DNA of 54,391 nucleotides from a virus (Duplodnaviria; Caudoviricetes). A program made the translations under genes and the position numbers. Below are positions 19,370 to 27,697 of the stretch, one piece after another. The stretch lies in the IMG/VR virus record IMGVR_UViG_3300009168_000014, positions 1 to 54,391 of that record; one strand, written 5' to 3'. The notes below the pieces were generated by a model. The model saw only the letters and a program-made list of their open reading frames with translations, was not told the DNA's origin and did not search any database. The stretch's first letter is position 1. Every line of letters starts with the position of its first letter.

Positions 19370-22011
19370 TACTCTGTAATTACTTCCTTCGCATATGTAA
19401 TTGGAATAGTCCTCATTAACTGTTCTATCAGTATACCCAATAATGGAGGACTTGTCAAGTGCTTATCAACAATTTTATCAATTATTTTTTCCTCATTCGG
19501 AGCACAATCTATATAGATTGAGTCGTGAATTTGAAGGCACAATACGGATTTCAGGCACAAGTCTATCATATCCCCGTAGATGGCCGCCTGTGCCGACTGC
19601 ATTAACTGTGCGGCAATAGTCTGTATGGGGAAGTCACAAATCTCACTAACAGAATGCGACATAGATTCCCCAGTGCCCCACGTTCTGCTCCACCCTGTCG
19701 GCAGTTCCAGATAGCCCTTCCGCCTAACGGTCTCGATGAGGGTATCCTGCCACTGACGACTCTGGGCATAACGGGCATTGGTACGGTCTATAGCTGCCTG
19801 ACATACCTCAAGCTCCAGATGGATACCGAAGTCCTTCATCAGAGTCTCTTGGAACTTCAGGGCTCCTCCACGATAGGCCATTAGGAAGTTCAGGGTCTTT
19901 CCGCCCTGTCGCTCCCTCTTCCTGAATGTAGGACCCTTCGGGTCAGCATCTGGGAATATCAATAAGGCTGTTTCTGTGTGCCTATCTATATCGTTCTGGT
20001 ACTCCCTCAGCATAATAGGGTCACCACTCATAAAGGCTAATACCTTCAGCTCTATCTGGCTCAAGTCGTAGCCTATCAGCTTGCCTCCTACGAATCTGGT
20101 AGTCATACAACTCTTAATTTCAGATGGGTCTGTCTGGGTTGGTGGTTGTTTACAACTAAACCTACCCTGTATGGTTCCCCCACTGTTATCAGTACTGCTC
20201 TTATTCTCATACAGTGGGATAGGATACCACATCGGATACATAATTCCAATATTAGGTCTATCGTGTACCGTATGGATTAAGCCTTTCTTCGATGGATGCA
20301 GTAGGTTATTCGTATAAGTATCCACCATCTTACTGCTATCCTGATAGGTCTGATAGGCTTCTAGGACGGCTATGTCCTCTGGGTCTATGGCAACACCCAT
20401 CAGCAGGTTTACATTATCCTTACTGGTAGAGACCTCCTTCTTCTTCTCAGTTAGCTTTAATCGGTTATCATTCTCTAACCCATACTTCTCCAGTAGGGTC
20501 TTGATAAGACGAAGCGTAGACTTATCTGAGCCAGTACCTTTGAACAACAAGGGGAATCCGAAGTGATTATCCAGTGAACTGGCTGTAGCCATTGCAGTAG
20601 TGATATGGTCTTTATGTATCTTATCTATCTTACGCAGTTTATCCAAGTTGAAGGCCACTCCTGATTGCTCTAAGCCTATGCTAGCCCACAGTACATCATT
20701 CCTCATACGTGCACAGACTGGTCCCAGCTTGGCTGAGTTAGCACCATATATCTTTTTGATTTGAGTCAGACAATACTCTCTAAGCTTCAAGGTAACTGCC
20801 ACATCCAACGCATTATAGTAGATTAGATGCGGGTCGTATGACCCTTTGGCCGTACCAGTTGCTCCTGTTACCAGCAGTTGTGAATAGTCGGCGAGACCAA
20901 AGAGCGTAGCCAATTCTTTCAGACCACGCTCTGGTCTCTGCTCGTAGAGTAAAAAGGAGAGTAGTAATGTATCGTCCAGTTTAATGCGAGTCGGTGACAG
21001 CATCCAGTTTAGTCTGGAGTCATTCGCCTTTAGGAATCCCACATCAAACTTTATATTCTGTCCTATTAGGGTGGTCCCAGAGTTAGCTATCTGTCGCACC
21101 CACTGACGTATCAACGGCTGATGGTCTGCCCACGAATAGTAGTATGTCTTGACGCCTGTTGGAGAGGACTCGTCGTAGTGTCCAAAAGACACGGAGACAA
21201 TCTGTTTATCTATTGGCACCTTGTCTATATACAGACTCTTCTTAGGATGAAAGACTGTCTGGTCTTGTCCATCCAAGATACCATACGTCTCTATGTCTAA
21301 GCCCACTATGTCTGGTAACTCACTGGGAACAGGTACCCCCACGATTGGCGTTACCGTTACACCGGCAGGAGTAAATTCACCAGTCAGATAGCGTCGCAGA
21401 AGGGTGAAGTGTGCGTGCATCGCCGGAAGCTTCCCCGTCTGCTTTCTGCTGGGGGATAAGATAGCGGTATGATAGGTATAGAATACAGGGATAGGCTTAT
21501 GCTCCTCCGGTGTTGTGAGTCCTGTAGCCTTCTTACCTGTACCTAATGAATCTAATGTGTGTCCCTGTAGGGAAAACATATGGGTTAAACTTGAGTGGCG
21601 GGTTACAGCGGTCACTCCCCATCGTCCAGTGCAGAGGATAACTACATCTGGATATTCACTACATAATGTATTCAAATCATTCTGTAGATTGGTTCGGCAG
21701 ATGTTGACCTGACCGGCGGTGGGGTCTGCGTTCTGCGGTGGATGACAACGGACTGCATTGGAGAGATAGACATCACTGAGGTCATTGAGTTTGAATAGGT
21801 CAATAAACTGAGTCAGTAGTTTTCCAGCAAAGCCGACCCACGATGTGCCTTCCTTGTCCTCAGAATATCCAGGAGCCTCCCCGACTACAAGCACAGCCGT
21901 CCTCTTCTGCGTGTGGGACTCGCCAGTGTGCAGTCGGGTAGGTATCCCTGGGTTCTTTGCGGTCGTATGCAGGTCACAGAGCTTACACTGGTTGTTGGGC
22001 AAGAAGTTCAC
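19369..22011 (-). CDS. polA: Family A DNA polymerase with N-terminal family-4 UDG-like domain and 3'-5' exonuclease
   Basis: UDG: CKLC, GEAPG, NAVRCHP. Exonuclease: LDIETYG, QNIKFD, YNALD. Polymerase: DLSQIELK, RQGGKTLNFLMAY, QIHDS. Confidence 0.92.
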   Translation of the reverse strand: MNFLPNNQCKLCDLHTTAKNPGIPTRLHTGESHTQKRTAVLVVGEAPGYSEDKEGTSWVGFAGKLLTQFIDLFKLNDLSDVYLSNAVRCHPPQNADPTAGQVNICRTNLQNDLNTLCSEYPDVVILCTGRWGVTAVTRHSSLTHMFSLQGHTLDSLGTGKKATGLTTPEEHKPIPVFYTYHTAILSPSRKQTGKLPAMHAHFTLLRRYLTGEFTPAGVTVTPIVGVPVPSELPDIVGLDIETYGILDGQDQTVFHPKKSLYIDKVPIDKQIVSVSFGHYDESSPTGVKTYYYSWADHQPLIRQWVRQIANSGTTLIGQNIKFDVGFLKANDSRLNWMLSPTRIKLDDTLLLSFLLYEQRPERGLKELATLFGLADYSQLLVTGATGTAKGSYDPHLIYYNALDVAVTLKLREYCLTQIKKIYGANSAKLGPVCARMRNDVLWASIGLEQSGVAFNLDKLRKIDKIHKDHITTAMATASSLDNHFGFPLLFKGTGSDKSTLRLIKTLLEKYGLENDNRLKLTEKKKEVSTSKDNVNLLMGVAIDPEDIAVLEAYQTYQDSSKMVDTYTNNLLHPSKKGLIHTVHDRPNIGIMYPMWYPIPLYENKSSTDNSGGTIQGRFSCKQPPTQTDPSEIKSCMTTRFVGGKLIGYDLSQIELKVLAFMSGDPIMLREYQNDIDRHTETALLIFPDADPKGPTFRKRERQGGKTLNFLMAYRGGALKFQETLMKDFGIHLELEVCQAAIDRTNARYAQSRQWQDTLIETVRRKGYLELPTGWSRTWGTGESMSHSVSEICDFPIQTIAAQLMQSAQAAIYGDMIDLCLKSVLCLQIHDSIYIDCAPNEEKIIDKIVDKHLTSPPLLGILIEQLMRTIPITYAKEVITE

Positions 22012-22165
22012 GGGCTTGCATCTCCTTATTTATGCACTCTAATACATTCAATCTCCACATTGCAATCAGCAGTAGACGTGCATCATCGGATGTTATCTCG
22101 ATTACATTCTTCCCTATCTGTAGGGAGTTCCACAACTGTGACCCAATACTATCTAGACTGTTCAT
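21983..22165 (-). CDS. Hypothetical protein
   Basis: Coupled to its neighbours on the same strand. Confidence 0.4.
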   Translation of the reverse strand: MNSLDSIGSQLWNSLQIGKNVIEITSDDARLLLIAMWRLNVLECINKEMQARELLAQQPV

Positions 22166-22497
22166 TTTCTTTCTCCTTCCACCAGTACACGTAAACTGGC
22201 AATAATAATTTCAAAGGGGGTGGGGTAAAAATCAATCCAAACTTGCCAATTTTCGTAGTCAGCAGTTTTAGTATCGATATGATATGTAGCGTAAATAGAT
22301 TGCAATGAAGATAAGTAATGCCTCCTAGCCTTCTTCACCGCCAAGTCACGCACAATAAAAGCAATATCAGCTTGTGAAGCATTGCCAATCTCATAAGCGT
22401 CCATCAACTCTGGGCATAGTTTTTTTAGTGTTTCATTCTTACACAACCACCAGTATCGCTGGTCGTCATCCAGTTTTAGCACTTCTAATAGATTCAT
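22162..22497 (-). CDS. Hypothetical protein
   Basis: AAGGAG RBS before ATG 22497. Confidence 0.55.
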   Translation of the reverse strand: MNLLEVLKLDDDQRYWWLCKNETLKKLCPELMDAYEIGNASQADIAFIVRDLAVKKARRHYLSSLQSIYATYHIDTKTADYENWQVWIDFYPTPFEIIIASLRVLVEGERK

Positions 22498-22670
22498 TTT
22501 TGGGTCTCCTTCTCCTCGCATAATGTTAGTAAGTACTCTACGACTTCCAATGATTTCTGAGTATGCTTCAGGAGGTCTGGATTATCTTTATACATCTCCA
22601 GACTCTGCCGACGCATCTCAATAACTTCTATCAAATCCTCGATGGCTCTTTGGTTAATAGATTTTTTCAT
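22494..22670 (-). CDS. Small hypothetical protein (58 aa)
   Basis: AAGGAG RBS; ATGA overlap with the next gene; not in the ORF track. Confidence 0.5.
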   Translation of the reverse strand: MKKSINQRAIEDLIEVIEMRRQSLEMYKDNPDLLKHTQKSLEVVEYLLTLCEEKETQK

Positions 22671-22683
22671 CTCTTGCTCCTTA

Positions 22684-22986
22684 TTAATGGAATGATACCG
22701 TGTCTGTAGAGGCGGATGCTATCACGGCTATGGTTGCTAGGACTTCGAGTTGTGTAGCCAGAGCCTCTATCGCTTCGTTACAGCAGGCGTACTGGAAATC
22801 ATTGAAGGACATGCCGACTCTACCATAGACTTCTGCTTTTGATACAAGGGCTCCACCATCTACTCTGTTAATCCGCTTGACTATCTCGATGCGTACTCTG
22901 GCGAGGACGGCGTCGATGTCGGCGGTGGTTAGTTTAGGTCTGCTGACGATTGTGTTAGCTGGCGTTTTGGGTGTTGGCTGTTCCAT
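22684..22986 (-). CDS. Hypothetical protein
   Basis: ATG 22986 behind GGAG; helical. Confidence 0.5.
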   Translation of the reverse strand: MEQPTPKTPANTIVSRPKLTTADIDAVLARVRIEIVKRINRVDGGALVSKAEVYGRVGMSFNDFQYACCNEAIEALATQLEVLATIAVIASASTDTVSFH

Positions 22987-23161
22987 TTTCTTTCTCCGAT
23001 ATAAGGGGTTCAATCTTCCAATAGTGATTACACTCACCATTCTCGTCTTCGTTAAACATTGCGTAGGACTGCCACTCAGCATTAGGACTAGCGGTGTATC
23101 TGTAGCACGAATGCTTCCGTAGACATTCCGTATTCTTACATAATGTTATGTCGCTATTCAT
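22955..23161 (-). CDS. Small Cys-rich hypothetical protein
   Basis: DITLC...C...SCYRY...C pattern seen in small phage proteins. Confidence 0.55.
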   Translation of the reverse strand: MNSDITLCKNTECLRKHSCYRYTASPNAEWQSYAMFNEDENGECNHYWKIEPLISEKENGTANTQNAS

Positions 23162-23286
23162 AAAAAACCTTCTTTCTATTATACCATACTAAAAGGAAAA
23201 GAGGAGGAAATCGTTTTAACTTATATTGTATGCCGTAGGGGATTCAGCACGCACGATAAAGTTAATATTATTTTTCCGTTTCCTCC

Positions 23287-23493
23287 TCATATTCGTTGTG
23301 ATACTTTTCGTTCTATTGCCTGATACGGGCAATCAATATTATTTTGTTCCAAGCACGTGTCATACTTACTCTTGGATACAGGCCAGAGCCGTTCTTGTTT
23401 CAGCACCAGTGTCCCCTGTAGACACTTCGGACAATGCTTGCCGAGTTCGGCAGTGTCGTCTGTCTCAAACTCACAGTATGGACAGGTAATCAT
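23287..23493 (-). CDS. Zinc-ribbon protein
   Basis: CPYC...HCPKC; AAGGAG RBS before ATG 23493. Confidence 0.5.
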   Translation of the reverse strand: MITCPYCEFETDDTAELGKHCPKCLQGTLVLKQERLWPVSKSKYDTCLEQNNIDCPYQAIERKVSQRI

Positions 23494-23708
23494 TTCTTCT
23501 CCTTGTCCAAATTGAATTGATATGTGAGTGCCAGAATAACTATCCCAGTGATTGCCACTATTGCTATCCAAGAAGACTGAGCTGAAGCTATGCCTGCTAT
23601 TCCAGCAATCGCAATATTTGTCTTTCTGCTAAAACCATAAGTGCTTCCAACATCTTTGGTTTCTGGCGGTAAAGCCTCATCAATAACTTCGTTTGTTTTC
23701 TTTGCCAT
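23490..23708 (-). CDS. Small membrane protein (holin-like?)
   Basis: Two hydrophobic segments and a charged C-terminus; AAGGAG RBS. Confidence 0.45.
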   Translation of the reverse strand: MAKKTNEVIDEALPPETKDVGSTYGFSRKTNIAIAGIAGIASAQSSWIAIVAITGIVILALTYQFNLDKEKK

Positions 23709-23828
23709 ATTTTATCTCCTTATAATTACAGGCAGGGAACGGCTGACACAAGCCAGCCGATAGCGAATATAAATATGAGCGGAATCTATATAGGAATAAA
23801 CTATACTCATTTTACTCCCCTGCCTTAT

Positions 23829-24146
23829 TTACTTACTAATTCCATTTATGGGAAACTTTTTCCAATCGCGCTGTTTAGTTTTAGCCCAAGTATCTTCAAT
23901 AACTTGTTGCATATCAATTCCTTCAGCCTGACAAAAATCAGCTAAGTAAATAACAGTATCAGCAACAGCATCTTTGATGTTTTCTGTATGTGGCTCACTA
24001 ATGCGAATACCTTGTTCTCGTTTAAGAAATGCGTGAGCCAATTCGCCCAACTCTTCAACTGCACCAAGTAAAGGCCACCAAGACGGCCTATCTCCGAAGT
24101 TACGTTTCACCCATTCAACTTGCTCTTTTTGTATTTTACGTATCAT
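23829..24146 (-). CDS. MazG-like NTP pyrophosphohydrolase
   Basis: LGAVEELGELA...DAVADTVIYL...RDW. Confidence 0.85.
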   Translation of the reverse strand: MIRKIQKEQVEWVKRNFGDRPSWWPLLGAVEELGELAHAFLKREQGIRISEPHTENIKDAVADTVIYLADFCQAEGIDMQQVIEDTWAKTKQRDWKKFPINGISK

Positions 24147-24158
24147 TGTTATTCTCCT

Positions 24159-24740
24159 TTATTTAATTACCGTTATTTTAACTACTTTTTTTACCGCAAC
24201 TTTGCTTGGGTCTTTAACTGTGAACGTAACCGAATATGTATGAAATAACCAGTTTGTTGATTTTGGTGTCCAACTAAAAACACCCTGATAGAACGTTGCC
24301 CCGCTTGGCATACCGCTTGCTGAATATTTTAAGACATCGCCATCAGCGTCATTGGCAATTACCGCAAATTGCAACAGTTGCCCCTTCTTGACGGTCTGGG
24401 CAGGAATAGATACGAACACCGGTAGTCTGTTTACATTGACTACTGTGATGTTTACAACCTGATTAGCCTCGATAGTTTCACCCCTCATAATCTTGAGCGG
24501 AACCGCCCTGTTGCCAGCTTGATTGAAGTCAGGCGTCCAGCTAAATCTGCCACTTTCAAACTTACCACCGAAATCATAAACCTTATCTTGATACAGGAAC
24601 ACCTCATTCGAGTCAGAGCTATGCGGCTTCACAACAAACGATAACGACTGTCCTTCCTTAACAGTCTGGTTCGGGATTGGCTCAAGCCAGTATGCAGTAA
24701 AACTTGTAGCTGCTAAAAGTATTACTGTTAAGTATTTCAT
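24159..24740 (-). CDS. Secreted protein with two Ig/cadherin-like (He_PIG-type) repeats
   Basis: Signal peptide; repeats IP.QTVK.GQ.L.F.V, DADGD.LKYS...PSGA, FSWTP. Confidence 0.75.
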   Translation of the reverse strand: MKYLTVILLAATSFTAYWLEPIPNQTVKEGQSLSFVVKPHSSDSNEVFLYQDKVYDFGGKFESGRFSWTPDFNQAGNRAVPLKIMRGETIEANQVVNITVVNVNRLPVFVSIPAQTVKKGQLLQFAVIANDADGDVLKYSASGMPSGATFYQGVFSWTPKSTNWLFHTYSVTFTVKDPSKVAVKKVVKITVIK

Positions 24741-24782
24741 AGTATTTCCTCAATCACCAATAAATTTTTATCTTCGACGGGT

Positions 24783-24811
24783 ATGATAGCAGGGGTGACG
24801 GGTGATGTCAA
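24783..24811 (-). promoter_or_regulatory. Sigma70-like promoter of the replication arm
   Basis: TTGACA-17-TATCAT with upstream A-tract. Confidence 0.7.
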
Positions 24812-24950
24812 GAAAAATCCGAAATTTTTTTTGTAAGTATGTAAAAATAATTCTGGATACTGTATATAGATGTCATAGTGATATATCTACGAACAGTTTC
24901 GTAACGCTGGGACCACCCAAAAGCGATGAGTGGATATTCGTGTAGTAGGC

Positions 24951-25071
24951 TATTACGCTAATACGCTATTACACTATTACGCTAACAGGAATCCGATAGA
25001 GGGTAGAGATAGAGGGTAGAGATAGAGGGAGACCAGGAAATGGACCAGAGGAATACTGTAGGAATACTGTA
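24951..25071. repeat. Short tandem repeats in the divergent intergenic region
   Basis: TATTACGCTA-like units x3-4, GATAGAGGGTAGA x2-3, GGAATACTGTA x2. Confidence 0.7.
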
Positions 25072-25182
25072 GAGTTTGGGGGGACTCTATCGCTGTTTTT
25101 TACTCTCTAAAAGAATATTTTTAGATGTTCATAAGTGCTTATTTTATCGGTAGTTACAGCAGAAAATAAAATAAAGTTTTTC

Positions 25183-25211
25183 TTGCGTATATCCGAATTA
25201 TATAATATACT
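25183..25211 (+). promoter_or_regulatory. Sigma70-like promoter of the early arm
   Basis: TTGCGT-17-TATACT with upstream A-tracts. Confidence 0.55.
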
Positions 25212-25277
25212 TTTCGCAATAACGGCCAAAGTTGCCGACAGTGGTAGTGATAGTGACAAGAGTAAAGGAGATATAGT

Positions 25278-25658
25278 ATGAGTATACATAAGATTAACCA
25301 GATACGTTATCAGATACAGCAGGAGGTAGAGGGGTGTAAGTCACCACAGTGTCCTAAATATATGAGAGGAGATGTAGTGTATATTGCTAAGAATCTGGGG
25401 GCTTCCATGAGTCACTTCCCAAAGGCACAGATTGCCATAGTAATGGGGGCAGATGATGATGGAGATGGGGAAGAGAGTTATGAGCATGAGGTGAAACTTC
25501 TGAGAGACGGGAATGAGGTATGCTGGTATAGGGAGAAACAGTTGACTTTCCTATATAGAGGGTCAGCCAGACTTATCTCCCTGCTAAATAAACTGGCAAG
25601 TGCCCTCTCTTCAGAGAGACAGAAGAAGGAGAAAGAAGTAGGCGTGTGCCATGTATAG
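25278..25658 (+). CDS. Hypothetical protein (SH3-like fold?)
   Basis: AAAGGAG RBS; GDVVYI...Y...WY.E.QL pattern. Confidence 0.6.
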   Translation: MSIHKINQIRYQIQQEVEGCKSPQCPKYMRGDVVYIAKNLGASMSHFPKAQIAIVMGADDDGDGEESYEHEVKLLRDGNEVCWYREKQLTFLYRGSARLISLLNKLASALSSERQKKEKEVGVCHV

Positions 25659-25963
25659 TGCGTAGAGATGGGAGAGTATAGAGTAAAGGAGACAGACAAT
25701 GATACAGAAGGACAATCCAGTGAGATTCATAGTGGGCTTCGGAGTGATGGTGATGGGAGGTGCAGTAGTCTACATAGCTGGAGTGTGTGCCATAGGATGT
25801 GGCGTAGTGTGGATACTTAGTCAGATAGTAGGAAGGATAATTGGTAGATAGTATGAGATACGGACTCAGAAATAATGATGGCGGTAGTGAGTATACCAGA
25901 TGGTCTGGTAGAGCTACGGCTGTCAGTAGTTGCAGCAGTTCTCTGGAGGCAGAGAGGAGTACT

Positions 25964-26233
25964 ATGAGCAACTATGCAGTGGTCGCAGCGTTCCTAAAGG
26001 GACTCCCTGAGAGTAGTGGACACCTGACCAGTACTGGTAAGACACTACTAAGTTATGGGCGACCGATAGCCGAAAGAGTGAGTCCAAGCGAAGGTAGAGG
26101 TGAAGAAGTGCAGATACTAACAGAGCCGAGTCCAGTGGGGACACGGACTGTCAGTAGGCACAGAACTCTGGTAGCCGAAATAGCGAGAGACAGAGGCATC
26201 AGAGTAGCAGTAATAGTCTCTCAAGGAGAATAG
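25964..26233 (+). CDS. Hypothetical phage protein
   Basis: AGGAG RBS before ATG 25964; LLSYG..IA...TVSRH pattern. Confidence 0.55.
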   Translation: MSNYAVVAAFLKGLPESSGHLTSTGKTLLSYGRPIAERVSPSEGRGEEVQILTEPSPVGTRTVSRHRTLVAEIARDRGIRVAVIVSQGE

Positions 26234-26237
26234 TATA

Positions 26238-26447
26238 ATGTCAAGTTTCAATATCAAAGTTACAGACGTCAGTGGTGCAGAGAATACAGTCGTGGTGAAC
26301 AGCGGTGACACACTCGAAGACATCAACGGAGTCGACTGGAGTGACCAGTTGGTCTACCTGAATGGCGCAAGACAAGAGTCAAACACAGACCTCAGAGCCA
26401 ACGACCACGTAGTGTTGACTCCTAAGTCTGGGAAAGCAGCGGCTTAA
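26238..26447 (+). CDS. Ubiquitin-like (beta-grasp, ThiS/MoaD-like) protein
   Basis: 69 aa: IKV...V.V.SGDTLED...VYLNG...L..NDHVVL..KSG; directly upstream of E1 and JAB; AAGGAG RBS. Confidence 0.7.
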   Translation: MSSFNIKVTDVSGAENTVVVNSGDTLEDINGVDWSDQLVYLNGARQESNTDLRANDHVVLTPKSGKAAA

Positions 26448-26456
26448 CTAATGTCC

Positions 26457-26520
26457 GAGAGGGAAGACAAAGTGCTGGCTGGTGTCTCCATAGAGAGGGG
26501 TTCGACTCCCCTTTCCTCTC
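26457..26520 (+). ncRNA. Truncated tRNA-like element (acceptor-like stem plus T-arm)
   Basis: GAGAGGGA pairs with TTCCTCTC; T-arm AGGGG-TTCGACT-CCCCT; one internal hairpin AGACA/TGTCT. Confidence 0.55.
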
Positions 26521-26731
26521 TTACTGTTTTCATGATAGTAGTTACTCGTAGGGTGACTACACTCCTAAATGCACTTCTTGTTGTAGTAGCAGTGTGGTAT
26601 CTGGCAGAGTATACTGTTAGTACCATACTGCTATTTTTATTTGGACTCCCTCTCAGTAGAGTCCTATTTAGGAATAGAATATACACGAAAAGTAGTAGTG
26701 TATAGAGATTAGATAGAAAGGAGACGATAGT

Positions 26732-27697
26732 ATGAAACAAGTACGTACTGTACTCCGCAGGACACGCAGACCAGATGGTGTTAGAGTCGCCAAGAAGTCT
26801 GAAGATGTTCTGGGGAGTCCAAAGACCCTGACTGTAATCGGGTGCGGAGGTGTACTGTGGGCAGGTATACCCCAGATGACTACCTGGTTGCACAGACGGG
26901 GGGACATCCGAGTCCACCTGATAGATGGTGACACGGTGTCCAACACCAATCTCAGCAGGCAGTGGTGTCCCAAAGTACTGGGATACAATAAAGCTACAGC
27001 CGCTGCCCAGTTACTGGCTACTCTGACATCCAAAGAGATACCTATCTATGACCACCCAGAGATGGTCAATGTGTCACTGTTGGCTAACTATGGACTGCGG
27101 AGAGTAGATGAGTATGCAGTAGTCGTGAGTATTCCAGACAGCCACTATGTCAGGTGTGAAATACACAAGACACTGTGTCAGCTGTCAGAGGAACTCAAGT
27201 TCCCAGTGTTCGAGGTGACTGCTGGAAATACAGCCAAAGACGGGTATGCCTACCTCTGTATGCACTACAAAGGTGAGACCTACCTGGACTATCTGTTCTG
27301 GCATCCAGACATGCAGGAGAGTGCAGACGCAGAAGCAGCCGGTATGGAAAAGACGTACTCCTGCGGCAGAGCCAAAGCCACAGAAGAACAAGTCATACAG
27401 ACAGTGGCGGGAAATCAGTTGACTGCCCACTGCCTATGGTCACTCCTTGATACACTGGTAGAGGATATGAACACCTGGTCACATATCGCAGAAGAGATGA
27501 ATCCCACTCCACTGATGGTCAAGACGGAGTTTAAGTGGATACAGCCAATAAATAGACATACTGAGATTTCCTGGCGGGCTGAGAGTATAGCAGGACGAGC
27601 GACAGATGAGGAGAATAGGAAGAATGCAGAGGAACTGATGGCTCGCAGGAAGACAGAGTCACAGAAGGAGGTGGCTAATGACAAAGTGGAAGTATGA
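26732..27697 (+). CDS. ThiF/E1-like adenylyltransferase (Ubl-activating enzyme)
   Basis: VIGCGG, IDGDTVSNTNLSRQ, NKA, PDS...R, AGN, and SCG...Q...GN with a candidate catalytic Cys (27362-27364). Confidence 0.85.
   Translation: MKQVRTVLRRTRRPDGVRVAKKSEDVLGSPKTLTVIGCGGVLWAGIPQMTTWLHRRGDIRVHLIDGDTVSNTNLSRQWCPKVLGYNKATAAAQLLATLTSKEIPIYDHPEMVNVSLLANYGLRRVDEYAVVVSIPDSHYVRCEIHKTLCQLSEELKFPVFEVTAGNTAKDGYAYLCMHYKGETYLDYLFWHPDMQESADAEAAGMEKTYSCGRAKATEEQVIQTVAGNQLTAHCLWSLLDTLVEDMNTWSHIAEEMNPTPLMVKTEFKWIQPINRHTEISWRAESIAGRATDEENRKNAEELMARRKTESQKEVANDKVEV

Noticed and set aside
23201-23288. Inverted repeat GAGGAGGAAA/TTTCCTCCTC as a structured RNA
   Set aside because: Only 10 bp with weak internal pairing; insufficient support
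10511-24146. Z-genome (2-aminoadenine) or 7-deazaguanine pathway
   Set aside because: No PurZ/PurA-like or Que/DpdA-like ORF recognised
26451-26705. 84-aa hydrophobic ORF between Ubl and E1
   Set aside because: No clear RBS, and it overlaps the tRNA-like structure; probably spurious, though not excluded
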